DNA from: Minisyncoccota bacterium
Lineage (GTDB): Bacteria; Patescibacteriota; Minisyncoccia; Phycocordibacterales; UBA6065
Assembly: GCA_035714745.1 (NCBI GenBank)
Contig: DASTLR010000014.1
Coordinates: forward strand, 30,861 to 94,860
DNA length: 64,000 nucleotides
Direction: 5' to 3'
Position numbers and translations under genes: made by a program. Of the stretch, positions 61,234 through 64,000 are shown one piece after another. Every line of letters starts with the position of its first letter. The first letter of the stretch is position 1. Under the pieces are notes generated by a model. It saw only the letters and a list, made by a program, of their open reading frames with translations, did not search any database and was not told the origin of the DNA.

Positions 61234-61461
61234 ATGAAAGCAGTACACGTCATCGCGTTTATCCTCGTCGTCGTCGGCGCCATCAACTGGGGCCTCGTAG
61301 GCATCTTCCAGTGGAACCTCGTCACGGCGATCTTCGGCAGCGTCTCGTGGCTCGAGAGGCTGGTCTACATCCTCGTAGGCCTCTCCGGCCTCGTCCTCCT
61401 CTTCACCCACAAGAAGGAGTGCAAGGCATGCGAGTCAAAGATGGCTCCAGCGGCGATGTAA
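61234..61461 (+). CDS. DUF378-like small membrane protein
   Basis: LVVVGAINWGLVG...NLV..IFG...VYILVGLSG. Confidence 0.9.
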   Translation: MKAVHVIAFILVVVGAINWGLVGIFQWNLVTAIFGSVSWLERLVYILVGLSGLVLLFTHKKECKACESKMAPAAM

Positions 61462-61483
61462 CCCAGGGGCGCAAGCCCATCCG

Positions 61484-61517
61484 AAGATCCCCTGCCGCGC
61501 ACGCGGCAGGGGATTTT
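61484..61517 (+). terminator. intrinsic terminator
   Basis: ATCCCCTGCCGCG/CGCGGCAGGGGAT followed by TTT. Confidence 0.8.
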
Positions 61518-61549
61518 CATTTGGGGCCGTTTGAGCTACTCTTATAGCC

Positions 61550-62515
61550 ATGGAAACCAACACCACGCCAAAGACGACGGCCAAGGACTTCTTCTTGTAC
61601 CTGTTCTCGTTCGGAGCCCTCTATGTGAGCGCTGTATCGCTCATCAGCCTTTTGTTCGCCATGATCAACAAGGCGCTGCCCGACGCCCTCAACTCCTACT
61701 ATTACTACGGCGGCGACCCATACACCGCCGGCGTGCGCGCGGCCGTTGCCTCGCTCCTGATCGTCTTTCCGCTCTACCTGGTCGCGGCTTCGTACATCGA
61801 CCGCTATGTCCGCGCCAATCCCGAGAAAAAAGACCTCTGGGTGCGCAAATGGCTGACCTATCTGACCATCTTCGTCACGGCCGTGGCCGTCATCGTCGAC
61901 CTGATCGTCCTCGTCAACACCTTCCTGGGCGGCGAGATCACCTCGCGCTTCGTCTGGAAGGTCCTTTCGGTCCTGGTCGTCTCGGGAGCGGTCTTCAGCT
62001 ATTACTGGTACGACCTGCGAAAGTCCTTTGCCCCTGATTCGCCGCGCAGGACGGGGCTCATCGTGGCCCTGGCCTGCGTCCTGGTCTTTGGTTCCCTGGT
62101 CGCCGGATTCGTCGTGGCGGGCTCGCCGATGAGGGCGCGCGCCCTGCGCTTCGACGAGAGGCGCCAGATCGACCTCGGCAATATAGAGAATCAGGTCGTC
62201 TACTATTGGCAGCAAAAGGGCATGATGCCGATGGCCCTGTCCGATCTGAGCGACCCTGTATCGGGCTTTACTGTTCCCGTTGACCCGCAGACCGGCAAAG
62301 GCTATGAGTATCGGCTGACGCAGAGAGAGGCCTCTTTCCAGCTCTGCGCCGATTTCCAGCTGCCGTCGCCCGCCGCGCGAGACGCCTCTGTCGGCTATGC
62401 GTTCAGCAAGGACTGGAATCATGGCGCGGGCCCGACGTGCTTTGACAGGACGATCGACAAGGACTTCTATCCTGTCCGCGGATCCGCTTCCGTGCCCGCG
62501 ACCAGAGCCTATTAA
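61550..62515 (+). CDS. multi-TM protein (DUF5671-like) with pilin-like C-terminal domain
   Basis: AKDFFLYL, RKWLTYLT, GSP..R..RFDERR..DL, DPQTGKGYEY, FQLCADF. Confidence 0.75.
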   Translation: METNTTPKTTAKDFFLYLFSFGALYVSAVSLISLLFAMINKALPDALNSYYYYGGDPYTAGVRAAVASLLIVFPLYLVAASYIDRYVRANPEKKDLWVRKWLTYLTIFVTAVAVIVDLIVLVNTFLGGEITSRFVWKVLSVLVVSGAVFSYYWYDLRKSFAPDSPRRTGLIVALACVLVFGSLVAGFVVAGSPMRARALRFDERRQIDLGNIENQVVYYWQQKGMMPMALSDLSDPVSGFTVPVDPQTGKGYEYRLTQREASFQLCADFQLPSPAARDASVGYAFSKDWNHGAGPTCFDRTIDKDFYPVRGSASVPATRAY

Positions 62516-62521
62516 CATCGA

Positions 62522-64000
62522 ATGAAAGAGTACAATCACTCAGAAATAGAGAAGAAGTGGCAGAAGGAGTGGGAGAAGAAGGAGATATACAAGACTCAGG
62601 ATCCGGCAAAATCCAAGAATCCGAAGCCCAAGTTCTACATCCTCGACATGTTCCCGTACCCTTCGGGCGAAGGGCTCCACGTCGGCCATCCAAAGGGCTA
62701 TATCGCCACGGACGTCGTCTCCCGTATGAAGAGGATGCAGGGCTTTAACGTGCTCCATCCGATGGGTTTCGACGCCTTTGGCCTGCCCGCCGAGAACTAC
62801 GCTATCAAGACCAAGACGAATCCCATGGATTCGGTAGCCAAGAACGTCGCCCGTTATAAAAAGCAATTGGAGATCCTGGGCTTCGACTACGACTGGTCGC
62901 GCGAAGTCAACACTACCGACCCCAAGTTCTATACATGGACCCAGTGGATATTTTTGAAGCTCCTGGAGAAGGGACTGGCTTATGAGTCCTTTGAGCCGAT
63001 CAATTGGTGCCCGTCATGCAAGACTGGTCTGGCGAATGAGGACGTCGAGGACGGCAAGTGCGAGCGCTGCGGCACGCCTGTAGAGAAGAAGCCGATGAGG
63101 CAGTGGGTCTTGCGCATCACCGACTATGCTGACCGTCTGCTCGCCGATCTGGACAAGCTCGATTGGCCGGAGTCGATCAAGGAGTCTCAGAGGAATTGGA
63201 TCGGACGCTCGGAAGGCGCTGAGCTCTCCTTTGACATCTCTGCTGCCTGCTTCAGGGACAAGAAGAGCGTGACCGTCTTTACTACTCGTCCGGATACGCT
63301 CTTTGGCGTGACCTACGTCGTGCTCGCTCCTGAGCATGGGCTTGTCACGGAGCTCTTGAAGCACAAAGAGAATCTCAAGAACCACGCCGAAGTCGTGAAG
63401 TACGTCGCGCACGCCCGCGTCATGACCCAGATCGAGCGCACCGACGCGAAAAAGGACAAGACCGGCGTCAGGCTTGAGGGCGTGACGGCCACGAATCCGG
63501 CCAATGGCGAAAAAGTGCCCGTTTATGTCGCCGACTATGTCCTTGCCGAATACGGGACCGGCGCCGTCATGGCAGTGCCTGCGCATGATGAGCGGGATTT
63601 TGCTTTCGCTAAAAAGTTCAATTTGCCGATCAGGCGGGTCGTCGAGCCCAAATTCATCGGCACCATGGGGGACGGGGCGGCAAAGCCTGGTCTTCCTTTT
63701 ATCAGGCGAGAAGCCGTATGCGCCATCGTCAGGAATCCAAAGAACGGCACCTATCTCTGCAATAGCTGGAAGGGTTTTCGTATGAACGGCCTCTTTACCG
63801 GCGGCATTGAGCCAGGGGAAGATTTGGTCGAGGGCGCCAAGAGGGAAGTCCGGGAAGAGACCGGCTACAAGAATCTAAAACATGTCAGGACCTCTGATCT
63901 CGCCATCAACACTTATTTCTATCACCGTGTAAAGAAGCAGAATAGGCACGCTCACTTCAAGTTCGTCTTCTTCGACCTTATGGACGACGAGCGCGCGCCC
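62522..64000 (+). CDS. leuS: leucyl-tRNA synthetase with in-frame NUDIX insertion (runs off window end)
   Basis: Manual translation: [14 protein letters not shown]...[52 protein letters not shown], then [22 protein letters not shown]. Confidence 0.96.
   Translation, partial: MKEYNHSEIEKKWQKEWEKKEIYKTQDPAKSKNPKPKFYILDMFPYPSGEGLHVGHPKGYIATDVVSRMKRMQGFNVLHPMGFDAFGLPAENYAIKTKTNPMDSVAKNVARYKKQLEILGFDYDWSREVNTTDPKFYTWTQWIFLKLLEKGLAYESFEPINWCPSCKTGLANEDVEDGKCERCGTPVEKKPMRQWVLRITDYADRLLADLDKLDWPESIKESQRNWIGRSEGAELSFDISAACFRDKKSVTVFTTRPDTLFGVTYVVLAPEHGLVTELLKHKENLKNHAEVVKYVAHARVMTQIERTDAKKDKTGVRLEGVTATNPANGEKVPVYVADYVLAEYGTGAVMAVPAHDERDFAFAKKFNLPIRRVVEPKFIGTMGDGAAKPGLPFIRREAVCAIVRNPKNGTYLCNSWKGFRMNGLFTGGIEPGEDLVEGAKREVREETGYKNLKHVRTSDLAINTYFYHRVKKQNRHAHFKFVFFDLMDDERAP

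Overview
High-GC bacterial chromosome segment using the standard genetic code. Gene content and protein architecture point to a reduced Patescibacteria/CPR (Parcubacteria-like) genome, which is an inference. Core genes are dnaE (partial), rnhB, rpmF-nusB-rnc, smc, rnr, rpsP-khpA-trmD, rpoB-rpoC-dnaG-rpoD, tgt, uvrB/uvrA/uvrC, ddl, a glycogen cluster, two tRNA-Ala genes, umuDC, zwf, ychF and leuS (partial). The most unusual signals are: (1) a 69-nt tRNA/tmRNA-TLD-like RNA with alanine identity elements whose apical loop is complementary to flanking motifs (2091-2271); (2) an AT-rich four-gene island between uvrB and uvrA with two HEPN-motif proteins plus a 2TM/ferredoxin-like pair (defence candidate); (3) a UmuD-like protein that starts at the cleavage site and lacks both catalytic residues, behind a GAAC-N4-GTTC box; (4) three stop-to-start spacers of exactly six heptamers; (5) pervasive leaderless-type promoters; (6) several domain fusions (NusB-NUDIX, LeuRS-NUDIX, HAD-phosphorylase, GH57-UVR, GT4-GT2). 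All calls come from reading motifs by eye. No searches or folding programs were run.
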